A stretch of DNA of 64,000 bases from an uncultured Puniceicoccaceae bacterium (GCA_963933835.1 CAWVVV010000003.1:1-64000); one strand, 5' to 3'. Numbered from the stretch's first letter, positions 1 to 10,236 are shown. A program made the numbers and translations. Notes: a model not told the origin generated them from the sequence alone.

Positions 1-53
1 GAGATCTTCAGTATCGCTGGACAGTAGAGCATCGGTTCAACGAACTTTTTCAG

Positions 54-84
54 CGCGCCTCCAAGATTGGGGGCGCGTTTTTTA
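54..84 (+). terminator. Rho-independent terminator of a gene upstream of the window
   Basis: Hairpin CGCGCCTCCAA-GA-TTGGGGGCGCG followed by a T run. Confidence 0.7.
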
Positions 85-103
85 TCTCAGGCGGGCTAAG
101 CGA

Positions 104-877
104 TCATTCCCCAGCCTGTAAATCACGGCCATAACGAGCGACGGAACCGAAGAGGTTGTCGGCAAAGATGGCTACGGTCACAAAGACGAGCGGAAGTTCC
201 GTATCCGAAAAGAGAACGCGGTCGCCATTGCGAAAGACTTTAGCGAGCGGTTCGATCGCATCTTTGGGAATCTGCGGGGTGGTCACGACTTGGCCTTCGC
301 GCGGTGCTTGGAGTTCAAAGGCGAGCTCTCCACTTTCGTCGAGTTGCCTTTCACCCACCATCCCGTTCTGTTGCATTAGAGCCTGCATCGCGAGGCCGAG
401 TGAAGTGATGGTATCTTCGAGCGGGCAGACGACACCGTAGTTTTTCTCTAGGCGATCAAACTTTTGGTCGAGCGGGATACGGACAAACTCTTGCTGCTCC
501 TGTTGCACTTGGCGCTGCACCTCTGGGTCCACCTGAAGGTTCGTGCCGTTGCCTTTCAGCAGTGCAAGGAAGAGGTGAACATTATTCATCACGCTACCGG
601 CAAGGTTCAGTGAGTCGCCAATCACCTGACGATGGAGCAAGTCGAGCGTGTAGGCCTGCATCTGCTCAAAGTTTTGATGAAAAGGGGCGGCAGGCATGAT
701 GCCGGGGCGTTTCACTTGTTCATCGAAACTCGCTTCTGTGACCGCCATACGGGCAGCCTGATTGAATGCCAGATTATCAAAATGCCGCTGAACGCCAGCC
801 ATGAATTGTCCGGCGAGCTGCTGGAGGTTGAGTTGCTTAGGTTGGCCCTGTGGAGGAATGGGAGAATCTGAGGACAT
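104..877 (-). CDS. Hypothetical protein (helical, Gln-rich)
   Basis: 257-aa ORF with ATG start, fills the space before a divergent promoter region; no family recognised with certainty. Confidence 0.75.
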   Translation of the reverse strand: MSSDSPIPPQGQPKQLNLQQLAGQFMAGVQRHFDNLAFNQAARMAVTEASFDEQVKRPGIMPAAPFHQNFEQMQAYTLDLLHRQVIGDSLNLAGSVMNNVHLFLALLKGNGTNLQVDPEVQRQVQQEQQEFVRIPLDQKFDRLEKNYGVVCPLEDTITSLGLAMQALMQQNGMVGERQLDESGELAFELQAPREGQVVTTPQIPKDAIEPLAKVFRNGDRVLFSDTELPLVFVTVAIFADNLFGSVARYGRDLQAGE

Positions 878-1003
878 AAAAATTTAAACTTCGAATTTGC
901 GCTTCATAGAGCGATGAAATGTCGGGGTCCATTTAACTGGATTGAGTATAGAACCACTGAAAAACGGTAGGGTTGACGGAAGAATGACTTCTGCAATCAT
1001 CAA

Positions 1004-1564
1004 TTGCCTATTGGGCGGTCTAAATCTTTGGAATCTAACTCAGTGATACGTCGCTATTTCAGCAAATATCTCAATTTCACGAGTCGGGTTGCGCAGTTTC
1101 TGCGGTTTGCAACTGTCGGGGCGAAAATATCGCTTATCGATATTGGAGGACTCTACTTTCTAACTTGGTTCTGGGGCCTTGATTTCTATACCGCACGCGG
1201 CATTTCACTCTCGTTGGCCCTTCTCACCGGCTACTTGTTGAATCGATACTTTACCTTCGGTGGACACCGGCGGGGGCACTTTTTCAAGCAACTCTTTCGT
1301 CACTGTGGAGTCCATTTACTAGGCAGTGCGTTGAACTTCGGTGTCTACAGCTATGTGATCACGCACGGTGGTCACTTTTCTGATAAGGCACTCCCCCTTT
1401 TACCTCTTCTTGGTATCATCATAGGAGGCGTCGTAGGAATGAGTTTCAACTTCTTCTTCTCGATCAAACTTGTTTTTCCGAAGCAAAAGTCCCCTCCCGA
1501 AGTGTTAGAGGAAAACGTTGAGGCTTCTGATCTCACTACACCCCAGCCGAAGAGCCCCCGTTGA
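1004..1564 (+). CDS. GtrA-family membrane protein (lipid-linked sugar translocase-like)
   Basis: QFLRFATVG start motif, YLLNRYFTF, four hydrophobic segments, NFFFS..LVF end. The start codon may lie slightly downstream. Confidence 0.8.
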   Translation: MPIGRSKSLESNSVIRRYFSKYLNFTSRVAQFLRFATVGAKISLIDIGGLYFLTWFWGLDFYTARGISLSLALLTGYLLNRYFTFGGHRRGHFFKQLFRHCGVHLLGSALNFGVYSYVITHGGHFSDKALPLLPLLGIIIGGVVGMSFNFFFSIKLVFPKQKSPPEVLEENVEASDLTTPQPKSPR

Positions 1565-2763
1565 TCGTGACCCGTACGTTTCTCATCAGTCTAAGAGTAT
1601 ACGGAGGGTGCTTCATTCAATCCTTCTCTACTACAGGAAGGCGAGCCGCCCCGCTTCGACTTCAACGAGTCCTCCTCCTCTTATTGGGATTTCCGGCCTT
1701 CATCGTCCTACAGCTCATTCACTGGTTAGGCTTCCTCCTCGATGAAATCTTTTTTAGCTCATATCGCCAAGTGCGTATCGATCGTCCGCTCTTCATCACG
1801 GGATTGCCACGCAGTGGAACGACCTTTGTCCACAGAACACTGGCGAATGATCGCGACCGCTTTACGAGCTTCAGAACATGGGAGGCCATCTTAGCACCCT
1901 CTATCGCCGAGCGCCGTTTCTGGAAGGCGCTGGGTGCTATCGATCGCGCGCTCGGCAGGCCCGTAAGCCGAGCCCTGAAATGGTCCGTAAAGAAGGCCAC
2001 TGGAGACTTCTCTAGCATCCATGCCGTTGGCCTCGATGCCGAAGAGGAAGACTACCTCGCGCTTCTTCCCGCGGGAGGCTGTTTCATTCTCGTTCTTGCT
2101 TTCCCGTGGAATGAATCGCTCTGGAGCTTAGCTAAGCTCTCAACCTTAAATCAGGAAGAACAGAAATCGCTGATGAACTACTATCGGCGCTGTTTGCAAA
2201 AGCATCTCTATGTCGAAGGTGGCGGACACAAGCGCCTGCTTTCCAAGAATGCCGCTTTCGCCTCGTGGATACCTACCTTGCAAAATGAAATGAGTGACGC
2301 CCGTTTTCTCGTTTGTGTGCGCGATCCGATAAAGGGCCTCAGCTCACAGCTGAGTTCAATCGAAGGTGGCTGTTCATTCTTTGGAACCCACTCACATTTC
2401 GAGGTGATCTCTAAGCGCTTCGAAGGTGTCTTCAGAGATAACTACGCCGAGCTACGACATTCGACCCTATCGCTCGTAGAGCAGCTTGTCGTGATTGATC
2501 AGGAAGAGCTCCGTGTCGCTCCTAGAGCAACCCTCGAAAACGCACTCAATACGCTCGATGAGCCTATCAGTGAAGCCTGGAAAAAGTCGCTGCATGACGC
2601 TGAAAACAACTCGAAGGAACACCGCAGCAGCCATCAGCACAGTAGCGCTAGCCAGAGCTTTGCAAAAGCGACGATCGAGCCTTGCGTGCTGAACGACTAC
2701 CAAGCGATCCTTCAGCACCGTCGAAACTGCGATCCGGCGCAGAGAGACAATTCTTTTTCATGA
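1561..2763 (+). CDS. Sulfotransferase family protein (Sulfotransfer_3 / Stf-like)
   Basis: 5'-PSB motif PLFITGLPRSGTTFVH, LLSKN and 3'-PB-like VRDP...SS; N-terminal hydrophobic helix. Confidence 0.85.
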   Translation: MIVTRTFLISLRVYGGCFIQSFSTTGRRAAPLRLQRVLLLLLGFPAFIVLQLIHWLGFLLDEIFFSSYRQVRIDRPLFITGLPRSGTTFVHRTLANDRDRFTSFRTWEAILAPSIAERRFWKALGAIDRALGRPVSRALKWSVKKATGDFSSIHAVGLDAEEEDYLALLPAGGCFILVLAFPWNESLWSLAKLSTLNQEEQKSLMNYYRRCLQKHLYVEGGGHKRLLSKNAAFASWIPTLQNEMSDARFLVCVRDPIKGLSSQLSSIEGGCSFFGTHSHFEVISKRFEGVFRDNYAELRHSTLSLVEQLVVIDQEELRVAPRATLENALNTLDEPISEAWKKSLHDAENNSKEHRSSHQHSSASQSFAKATIEPCVLNDYQAILQHRRNCDPAQRDNSFS

Positions 2764-3920
2764 CCACGATGTCATCTGCCCAAGAGAGGCCACAATCGGG
2801 TGAGTCCCCTTCCGAGGGCAAGCGAGCCTCGTCGGTCCGGATCGCTGTATTCTCTGACGCACTCCCTGAGCGCAACGGCGCTGGCGCGTATTACCACGAT
2901 CTATCAAGCCAGTTAGCGCACAAGGTCGAACGCATTGAGCTGTTTCAGCCTGCTAACAAAACCCGCTTCCCTCGCATCGCGTTTCCTTTGCCCGGAGATT
3001 CTACGCAAAAGCTGATCGTTCCCAATGTCTTCCGCCTTTGGAAGCAGTTCAATGCACTGAAACCAAACGTCGTCGTTGCTGTAACGCCAGGGCCCTTTGG
3101 GATTCTAGGCCTGCTTTTGGCGAAGAAAAATAAGACCGGATTCATCACCGCTTTCCATACGCAGTTCGAGGAGTTGATGCGCCTTTATGGTGACACCCTG
3201 TTTTTCAAATTCGCCTATCAATACCTCCTACAGACGAATAAAGTTCTCTGTCGACGAAGCGCCGCCGTGCTCGTGAACAACAGTGACTTAATCAAAACCG
3301 TCGAATCACTTGGAGCGCCCGCCGTAGAAGTCATGGGTACACCCCTCTCGGAAAACTTTCTCGATCAACCTCCAGCTCCCGCCCCGAAAAGACTGGAACG
3401 CATCCTCTTTGCTGGGCGTCACGCTCCTGAGAAAAATCTCCCAGCCGTGATCGCAGGCGCAAAAGCGCACCCCGAGATCGAGTTCATCGTAGCGGGCGAC
3501 GGTCCCTTGAAAGGTGAAATGGACGATGCAGCTGCCACCTTACCGAACTTGAAACTAACGGGTTGGCTCAACCGCGAGGAGCTTCGGGCGGAGATGGATC
3601 GTGCGAGTCTGCTCTTACTCCCCTCCCACCTCGAAACTTTCGGAACAGTTGCGCTTGAGGCGATGGCTCGTGGACGTCCGGCGCTGGTTGCTGAAGGCGC
3701 CGGTATTCATCATTGGCCTACGCTTAGAGGAGCACTCTTTGTTCTCAAAAGCGACCAAATCGCCTCCTCGATTGAAGCGCTTAAGAACCTTACCCCCGAA
3801 GACTGGGCGGAATGCTCCACCGGTGCTCGAGCAGCAGCCGAGGCTCTCAATCTAGCTACGATCGAGCAGTGGGCAGAAGTCAGCAGTCGTTATGCTTCTA
3901 CCCTAGATGAAAACTCCTGA
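2760..3920 (+). CDS. Glycosyltransferase family 4
   Basis: ILFAGR..PEKN, VAGDGP and ETFGTVALEAMARG motifs; ATG at 2760 overlaps the upstream TGA (ATGA coupling). Confidence 0.85.
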   Translation: MTTMSSAQERPQSGESPSEGKRASSVRIAVFSDALPERNGAGAYYHDLSSQLAHKVERIELFQPANKTRFPRIAFPLPGDSTQKLIVPNVFRLWKQFNALKPNVVVAVTPGPFGILGLLLAKKNKTGFITAFHTQFEELMRLYGDTLFFKFAYQYLLQTNKVLCRRSAAVLVNNSDLIKTVESLGAPAVEVMGTPLSENFLDQPPAPAPKRLERILFAGRHAPEKNLPAVIAGAKAHPEIEFIVAGDGPLKGEMDDAAATLPNLKLTGWLNREELRAEMDRASLLLLPSHLETFGTVALEAMARGRPALVAEGAGIHHWPTLRGALFVLKSDQIASSIEALKNLTPEDWAECSTGARAAAEALNLATIEQWAEVSSRYASTLDENS

Positions 3921-4638
3921 GGTCGAAACGACTCCAAAGTGCCTCGCATCGCTGCACGATGTCATGCCCGAGACTTGGAGTGAAATCGGGGACATATTGC
4001 AGTGGTTAAAAGCGCGCCACGTTCCCCCTGTAAGCCTCCTTATTGTCCCCGGTCGAGAGTGGAAGCCCTGTCACCTAAAGCAGATCAAGGATTGGTCAGA
4101 AGAAGGTCATCCGCTCATTGCTCATGGATGGTTTCATCACGTCGAAGAGATCCGTGGGCTACGCCATCGACTCCACTCTGCCCTCATTTCACGGAACGTT
4201 GCAGAACACCTCGCCCTCAGCTCGACCGGCATCCTCGACCTTTTGAAACGCGCTAAAGAGTGGTTCGAACAAAACGATCTACCCTCCCCGAAATTCTACG
4301 TCCCACCTGGGTGGGCGCTCGGTCCGATCAAAAATGAGCACCTCGCTCAGGCGCCCTATGACCTCATCGAGACGACCCGAGGCCTGATTGACCCAAGTAC
4401 CGGTGAGCGAGAGAACCTTCCTCTTACGGGTTTTGAGGCTGACACCTGGCTTCGCGAGACCGCCTTACGTTGTTGGAATGCGAGAGCGGTTACGAAGGCT
4501 CGTAGACAGCGCACGCCTTTGCGCCTCTCGCTTCACCCCTTCGACCTCAAACTTCGCCTCAGAGACCAGCTTGAGGAGATTGTCGCGATGGATTGGGACT
4601 ATCTGAATTATACTCAGGTAAGACAGACAAAGGTCTGA
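3907..4638 (+). CDS. Polysaccharide deacetylase-like (DUF2334-type) protein
   Basis: SLHDVMP, AHGWFH, YVPPGW and LRLSLHP motifs of the CE4-like fold. Confidence 0.75.
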   Translation: MKTPEVETTPKCLASLHDVMPETWSEIGDILQWLKARHVPPVSLLIVPGREWKPCHLKQIKDWSEEGHPLIAHGWFHHVEEIRGLRHRLHSALISRNVAEHLALSSTGILDLLKRAKEWFEQNDLPSPKFYVPPGWALGPIKNEHLAQAPYDLIETTRGLIDPSTGERENLPLTGFEADTWLRETALRCWNARAVTKARRQRTPLRLSLHPFDLKLRLRDQLEEIVAMDWDYLNYTQVRQTKV

Positions 4639-4675
4639 ACGAAGGCGTATTCGGGAGTTTCTTGGCTCCTCAATC

Positions 4676-5250
4676 TGACCGGACCCCTGTGAATTAGTCC
4701 ATTGCCGATGAGATGATTTTCGGTCAATAAAAGGAAAATCATCGATGAAAAAGACAAAGCACACTGTAGAGCAAATCATCCGGATCCTGCGCGAAGGCGA
4801 TGCCGGAGGACGAACCGAAGACATATGCCGCTCGCACAACATCAGCGCCCAGACCTTCTACCGATGGAAGAAGAAGTACGGGGCGATGAACCTGAAGGAA
4901 GTTCATCGGTTACGGAATCTGGAGAAGGAGAACACAGAGTTGAAGAAGCTTCTGGCCGACCAACTCTTGAAGACGAAGGCGCTGGAGATTGTTTTGGAAA
5001 AAAACATCTGAGCCCGGAGCGACAGCGAGTCGGGGCGGCCAAAGTGAAGGCCGTTCTGGGTTGTTCAGGGAGAGCGACCTGCCGGTGGCTGGGATTCAAT
5101 CGATCGACGCTGCGCTACCGGCCGAAGCCGGTTCCTGAGAGGAAGCAGTTGTTGGAGGCACAGATCGTGCGAGTCTCGAAAGAACATCCGACCCTGGGTT
5201 ACAAGAAGGTGACGCGGTTATTGCGGGATGAGGGCTGGTGGGTGAACAAG
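4676..5250 (+). mobile_element. Truncated IS3-family insertion sequence (left end, orfA and start of orfB)
   Basis: Probable left IR starts TGACCGGACCCC at 4676. orfA has an HTH, there is an A7 slippery site at 4998-5004, and orfB stops matching after LRDEGWWVNK. No DDE domain or right IR. Confidence 0.85.
4745..5011 (+). CDS. IS3-family transposase OrfA
   Basis: HTVEQIIRILREG...ICRSHNISAQTFYRWKKKYG...LRNLEKENTELKKLLAD signature. Confidence 0.9.
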   Translation: MKKTKHTVEQIIRILREGDAGGRTEDICRSHNISAQTFYRWKKKYGAMNLKEVHRLRNLEKENTELKKLLADQLLKTKALEIVLEKNI

Positions 5251-5793
5251 CTCATTCGCACGCTCGATCGCTTCGTTCTTCAACGACGTTAGCCCGTCCT
5301 CATAAAATCGGCCTAAAATGTCGTCGAGGAAGAGCCCTATGATACGACTGATCGGATTGCTCCCAAGCTCGCCCTCGAACGTCCACGTCACACGCGTTTC
5401 CTCCGCGCTAACGACATCGAAATGGAAGGCAGTGAACGCAGGAACACCTGTATCACCATCGAAAACAAGGGTGAAATCGATGCGGACGCCTGGATTAATC
5501 GCTGTTAGTGTCCGCTCGCCCTGGCCAACGATTTTACCGCTCCAAGTATGACTCGCACCTAAACCACGGCGAATTTCGCCGTACTGCACCGTCATACTAT
5601 CGTCTTTTGGCCCCCACGGCTCCCATTTCTCCCAAATCTCAAGATCCGTCACACACTCTTCGATGACAGATACTGGCGCTTCGATCAGAATAGAGCGCTC
5701 GACCAGAGCCTTATTCGGCAGGAAGGGGCCCACCGCATACAGCAGTGCGACCAAAACAACGGTGCCAATGATGAACCACTTAAGAAGGCGCAT
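5218..5793 (-). CDS. SRPBCC / polyketide cyclase-2 family membrane-anchored protein
   Basis: N-terminal TM helix, VERSILIEAP, W.KWEPW, TRVTWTF and C-terminal YEDGLTSLK helix. Confidence 0.85.
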   Translation of the reverse strand: MRLLKWFIIGTVVLVALLYAVGPFLPNKALVERSILIEAPVSVIEECVTDLEIWEKWEPWGPKDDSMTVQYGEIRRGLGASHTWSGKIVGQGERTLTAINPGVRIDFTLVFDGDTGVPAFTAFHFDVVSAEETRVTWTFEGELGSNPISRIIGLFLDDILGRFYEDGLTSLKNEAIERANELVHPPALIPQ

Positions 5794-5810
5794 AGAAAAG
5801 CTTCCGTTGA

Positions 5811-7394
5811 CTAGAAACCGAGCTTGGCCGACAGCCAGGCTTCGACTTCGTCGATCGGCACACGCACCTGCTCTGTTGTATCGCGATCACGAATCGTAAC
5901 CGAGCCGTCCCCTTCTATCGCCTCAAAATCCACCGTGATGCAGTAAGGCGTCCCGATTTCGTCCTGACGACGGTAGCGGCGACCGATGGCCCCGCTGGCA
6001 TCATACCCGGTATTCCAGCGCTTGCTCAGCACAGAAAACAGACCACGCGCTTTTTCAACGAGCTCAGGCTTGTTCTTCAAAAGCGGGAACACCGCTGCCT
6101 TGAAAGGTGCTATGCGCGGGTGGAAACGTAGAACGAGGCGCTTCTCTGGCACCCCTTTATCATTCGGAATCTCATCTTCCTGATAAGCGGACGTCATCAC
6201 CGCGAGGAACGTGCGATCAACGCCGAGGGAGGGCTCTACAACACTCGGGATATATTTGAAGGGCTCCTTGCCGGCCGTTTTGCGCTCTTCATCAAAATAC
6301 TCCATCGACTTGCCGCTGTGCTTCTCATGCTGCGTCAGGTCGAAATTCCCGCGACAGGCGATGCCCCAAAGCTCCTGCACCCCGAAAGGAAAACGGAACA
6401 TGAGGTCCGTCGTTCCTTTTGAATAGTGACTGAGTTTCTCCATCGGGTGCACGTCCTCACTGATCATGTCAGCGGGGATACCAATGCTGACCAGCCACTG
6501 CGTCGACCAGTCGAGCCAGTAACGGAACCACTTCAGGCGGCTCTCTTCATCCGGATCGATAAAGAACTCCATCTCCATCTGCTCAAACTCGCGCGAGCGG
6601 AAGATGAAGTTACGCGGCGTAATCTCGTTTCGAAAGGCTTTACCGATCTGCGCGATGCCGAAAGGCACCTTCACACGTGTCGTATCGACGACGTTCTTGT
6701 AATTCTGGAAAATCCCCTGAGCCGTCTCTGGGCGGAGGTAGGCAACCGCATCATCACTTGCGAGCGGGCCCACCTTCGTCTCAAACATGAGATTGAAGTG
6801 ACGCGGCTCAGTCAGCGTGCCTGCCTTGCTCGCATCGGGTCCCCAACACACGGCGCGCTCTTCTTCAGTCGACTCGGTGAACTCCTTGAGTCCCTCCTTG
6901 AGCAAGACTTCGTCAACCTTTGCACCCTTGATCCCTGCCGCCTTACGAGCCGTCGAGGCACGCTTTTTGAGGGCCGCCTGCATATTGACGTCTTCGAGCG
7001 CACTGACAAAGCCCAGCTCCTGCGTCGTCCCGTCTTCCGACGTCACCTTCACTGGAGCATAAAAAAGTTGGTCAGCGCGGTAGCGGAGATTCGTCTCCTT
7101 ACAGTCCACCATCGGATCGCTGAAACCTGCGACGTGGCCTGATGCACGCCAGATTTCTGGGTGCATGATGATCGTTGAGTCGATCCCTACGACGTCCTCG
7201 CGCACTTGAACCATCGCACTCCACCAAGCGTCTTTGATGTTCTTCTTAATCTCCGAACCCAGTGGTCCATAATCGAAGAAGCCGGCGTAACCGCCATAAA
7301 TCTCACTCGATTGATAGACAAAACCACGACGTTTACACAAGGTAACGATGGCTTCCATGGAAGGTATTACACGCTCTGGGGCCGAATCTGACAT
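5811..7394 (-). CDS. glyQS: Glycine--tRNA ligase (homodimeric alpha2 type)
   Basis: [47 protein letters not shown] and [14 protein letters not shown] motifs. Confidence 0.97.
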   Translation of the reverse strand: MSDSAPERVIPSMEAIVTLCKRRGFVYQSSEIYGGYAGFFDYGPLGSEIKKNIKDAWWSAMVQVREDVVGIDSTIIMHPEIWRASGHVAGFSDPMVDCKETNLRYRADQLFYAPVKVTSEDGTTQELGFVSALEDVNMQAALKKRASTARKAAGIKGAKVDEVLLKEGLKEFTESTEEERAVCWGPDASKAGTLTEPRHFNLMFETKVGPLASDDAVAYLRPETAQGIFQNYKNVVDTTRVKVPFGIAQIGKAFRNEITPRNFIFRSREFEQMEMEFFIDPDEESRLKWFRYWLDWSTQWLVSIGIPADMISEDVHPMEKLSHYSKGTTDLMFRFPFGVQELWGIACRGNFDLTQHEKHSGKSMEYFDEERKTAGKEPFKYIPSVVEPSLGVDRTFLAVMTSAYQEDEIPNDKGVPEKRLVLRFHPRIAPFKAAVFPLLKNKPELVEKARGLFSVLSKRWNTGYDASGAIGRRYRRQDEIGTPYCITVDFEAIEGDGSVTIRDRDTTEQVRVPIDEVEAWLSAKLGF

Positions 7395-7442
7395 AAGCTC
7401 GAAACGCTGTTTTCACGCCCCTCTGCGGTCAAGCGCGAAGAC

Positions 7443-7477
7443 AAAAAGACCCGCCTCCCCTTTGCAGGGAAAGCGGG
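7443..7477 (-). terminator. Rho-independent terminator of metK-ahcY
   Basis: Minus strand CCCGCTTTCCCT-GCAA-AGGGGAGGCGGG (GNRA loop) followed by TCTTTTTG. Confidence 0.8.
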
Positions 7478-7503
7478 CCATTAAAAAACCAAAAGGTTCT
7501 GCT

Positions 7504-8943
7504 CTAGTAGCGGTAGTGCTCGGCCTTGTAGGGGCCGTTCTTTTTGACGCCGATGTAGGACGCTTGCTCGTCACTCAAAACGGTCAGCTTACAGCCGATC
7601 TTATCGAGGTGGAGGCGCGCGACTTCTTCATCGATGTGCTTCGGCAGAATGTAGACGCCCGGCGTATACTTTTCAACCTGCTTCCAGAGTTCAATCTGGG
7701 CCAGTGCTTGATTCGTAAAGCTGTTCGACATCACGAACGATGGGTGGCCGGTAGCACAGCCGAGGTTTACGAGACGACCCTTCGCGAGAAGATAAATGCT
7801 GTTGCCAGCGGGGAAGGTGTATTTGTCGACCGCACCCTCGTTGTCTGGCTTGATCATCTCTACGTCGACGCCAGGCATATCGTTCAGGGCATCAACGCCG
7901 ATTTCGTTATCGAAGTGGCCGATGTTACAGACGATCGCCTGATCCTTCATCTTCGACATCTGCTCAGCTGAGATGATTCCGTAGTTCCCCGTTGTGGTAA
8001 CGTAGATGTCACCCCAACCGAGGGTGTCTTCAACGGTCAGAACGCGGTAACCTTCCATTGCAGCCTGCAGCGCACAGATAGGATCAACTTCAGTCACTAC
8101 GACTTGGGCGCCCATCCCTTTGAGGGCCGCCGCACAGCCTTTGCCAACGTCTCCGTATCCACAAACGACACCAACTTTACCCGCTACCATAACATCAGTA
8201 GCGCGCTTGATACCATCGAGGAGTGATTCGCGGCAGCCGTAGAGGTTGTCAAATTTCGACTTCGTTACCGAGTCGTTCACATTGATCGCAGGAATGAGGA
8301 GCTTACCGGCGTTGTGCATCTCATAGAGACGGTGCACACCTGTAGTGGTTTCTTCCGACACACCCTTCCACTCTTTCACAACATCGTGCCAATGGTTTGG
8401 CTTCGAAGCGTTGATCTTTTTGAGCACACTCTTGATCACCGCTTCTTCCATGCTCGATGAGTCCGTGCTTACCCAGTCACTACCATTTTCGAGCTCAAAG
8501 CCCTTGTGAATGAGAAGCGTTGCATCACCGCCGTCGTCGACGATGAGCTGAGGACCAGAACCATCGGGCCATGTGAGCGCTTGCTCAGTGCACCACCAGT
8601 ATTCTTCAAGTGTTTCGCCCTTCCAAGCAAAGACAGGCACATCGAGGTTTTTCGCGACATACGCGGCAGCGTGATCCTGCGTTGAGAAAATATTGCAAGA
8701 GCACCAGCGAATGTCGGCACCGAGCTCCTTCAGCGTCTCAATAAGAACCGCTGTTTGGATCGTCATGTGTAGCGAACCCATGATGCGAACGCCCTTCAAC
8801 GGCAGCTCGGCGCGGTATTTATCGCGCGTGGCCATGAGGCCGGGCATTTCGTGCTGTGCAATTTCAATCTCTTTACGACCAAAATCAGCCAACGTGATGT
8901 CAGCGATTTTAAAGTCAGTTTTTACGACGGTATCTGTGCTCAT
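7504..8943 (-). CDS. ahcY: Adenosylhomocysteinase
   Basis: [38 protein letters not shown] and [14 protein letters not shown] motifs; start taken at MSTDTVVK (8943). Confidence 0.98.
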   Translation of the reverse strand: MSTDTVVKTDFKIADITLADFGRKEIEIAQHEMPGLMATRDKYRAELPLKGVRIMGSLHMTIQTAVLIETLKELGADIRWCSCNIFSTQDHAAAYVAKNLDVPVFAWKGETLEEYWWCTEQALTWPDGSGPQLIVDDGGDATLLIHKGFELENGSDWVSTDSSSMEEAVIKSVLKKINASKPNHWHDVVKEWKGVSEETTTGVHRLYEMHNAGKLLIPAINVNDSVTKSKFDNLYGCRESLLDGIKRATDVMVAGKVGVVCGYGDVGKGCAAALKGMGAQVVVTEVDPICALQAAMEGYRVLTVEDTLGWGDIYVTTTGNYGIISAEQMSKMKDQAIVCNIGHFDNEIGVDALNDMPGVDVEMIKPDNEGAVDKYTFPAGNSIYLLAKGRLVNLGCATGHPSFVMSNSFTNQALAQIELWKQVEKYTPGVYILPKHIDEEVARLHLDKIGCKLTVLSDEQASYIGVKKNGPYKAEHYRY

Positions 8944-8993
8944 TCTAGAAAGTATTTTGGTGTGTGTATGTGTAGGTGATCTTCGAAGTGGCT

Positions 8994-10166
8994 TTAGCCA
9001 ATGGCTGCTATAAGGGCGTCGACCTTGTTCGTTTCTTCCCAAGGCATGCCTTCTTTTCCGAAGTGGCCGTAGTTCGTGCTTCCACGGTAAATCGGACGGA
9101 GAAGATCGAGTTGGTCCACGATCGCGGCAGGGCTAAAATCAAAGACCTTTTTCACCGCTTCAATGATCGCGGTGTCATCATGTTTGTTTGTCCCAAATGT
9201 TTCGAGGTGAATCGAGGTTGGGTGCGGGTAACCAATCGCGTAAGCGACTTGTAGTTCGCAGATTTCCGCGAGACCTGCAGCGACAATATTCTTCGCAACC
9301 CAGCGGCACATGTAAGCCGCAGAGCGGTCTACCTTACTTGGATCCTTGCCACTGAAAGCACCGCCACCGTGACGACCCCAACCACCGTAGGTATCGACGA
9401 TAATCTTCCGCCCCGTCAGGCCCGCATCGCCTTCAGGACCGCCAATGACGAACTTGCCGGTCGGGTTGATGAGGAACTTGGTTTCTTCACTGATGAGCTC
9501 CGCGGGCAGAACCTTCTTCACCACGTTCTCAACGATGTAGTCGTAGATTTCAGCGTGGCTGACGTCTTCAGTGTGCTGAGTAGAAATTACAACGTTGTCG
9601 ATATGGTCGATCTTACCGTCGGTATAATTGACCGCGACTTGGCTCTTCACATCCGGACGGAGCCAGTTGACGTCCCTAGATTTGCGAAGCTCAGCGAGTC
9701 GGCGCAAAAGACGGTGAGCGAACATGATCGCAGCAGGCATGAGCTCAGGCGTCTCATTACAAGCGTAACCAAACATAATGCCTTGGTCACCAGCACCCTG
9801 CTCAGCTGTCTCCTTGCCATCAGCCGCTGCTGCATCCACCCCTTGGGCGATATCTGGCGACTGCTTCGTAAGGTAGTTGTTGATGAAGACGCTGTCGGCA
9901 TGGAAGACGCCGTCATCGCGCTCATCACGGTAGCCAATATCCCAGATCGCCTTACGGATGACTTCATTGAAATCAAACTTAGCAGACGTCGTGATCTCTC
10001 CGGCAACGGTGACGACGTTCGACTTCACAAGCGTTTCGCAAGCGACACGGCTTTTGGGATCCTGCTCTAAGCAAGCATCCAGGATAGAATCCGAGATGGA
10101 ATCTGCAACTTTGTCCGGGTGGCCCTCGCCAACCGACTCTGAGGAAAATTTGAAGCTACCTTTCAT
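8994..10166 (-). CDS. metK: S-adenosylmethionine synthetase
   Basis: [17 protein letters not shown] and [16 protein letters not shown] motifs. Confidence 0.98.
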   Translation of the reverse strand: MKGSFKFSSESVGEGHPDKVADSISDSILDACLEQDPKSRVACETLVKSNVVTVAGEITTSAKFDFNEVIRKAIWDIGYRDERDDGVFHADSVFINNYLTKQSPDIAQGVDAAAADGKETAEQGAGDQGIMFGYACNETPELMPAAIMFAHRLLRRLAELRKSRDVNWLRPDVKSQVAVNYTDGKIDHIDNVVISTQHTEDVSHAEIYDYIVENVVKKVLPAELISEETKFLINPTGKFVIGGPEGDAGLTGRKIIVDTYGGWGRHGGGAFSGKDPSKVDRSAAYMCRWVAKNIVAAGLAEICELQVAYAIGYPHPTSIHLETFGTNKHDDTAIIEAVKKVFDFSPAAIVDQLDLLRPIYRGSTNYGHFGKEGMPWEETNKVDALIAAIG

Positions 10167-10216
10167 TGTGCCGCAAACTACGCGTCTTTAAGCCGCACGC
10201 AAACACAAACATCATC

Positions 10217-10236
10217 ATATCAAGATTTGATGATTT
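10217..10236. promoter_or_regulatory. Candidate SahR-type operator upstream of metK-ahcY
   Basis: Imperfect palindrome ATATCAAGATTTGATGATTT (ATCA-N8-TGAT) about 50 nt upstream of metK; resembles the SahR box as I recall it. Confidence 0.5.

Noticed and set aside
4825..5292. 155-aa ORF as an independent gene
   Set aside because: It is the IS3 orfB frame extended upstream, with a tail that is antisense to the SRPBCC gene.
8944..9042. N-terminal extension of AhcY
   Set aside because: It overlaps the metK 3' end; homology begins at MSTDTVVK.
6426..10070. Long antisense ORFs (6426-7142, 7348-7971, 9369-10070; similarly 48404-49045, 50777-51403)
   Set aside because: Shadow frames opposite well-conserved genes with biased codon usage; no family motifs.
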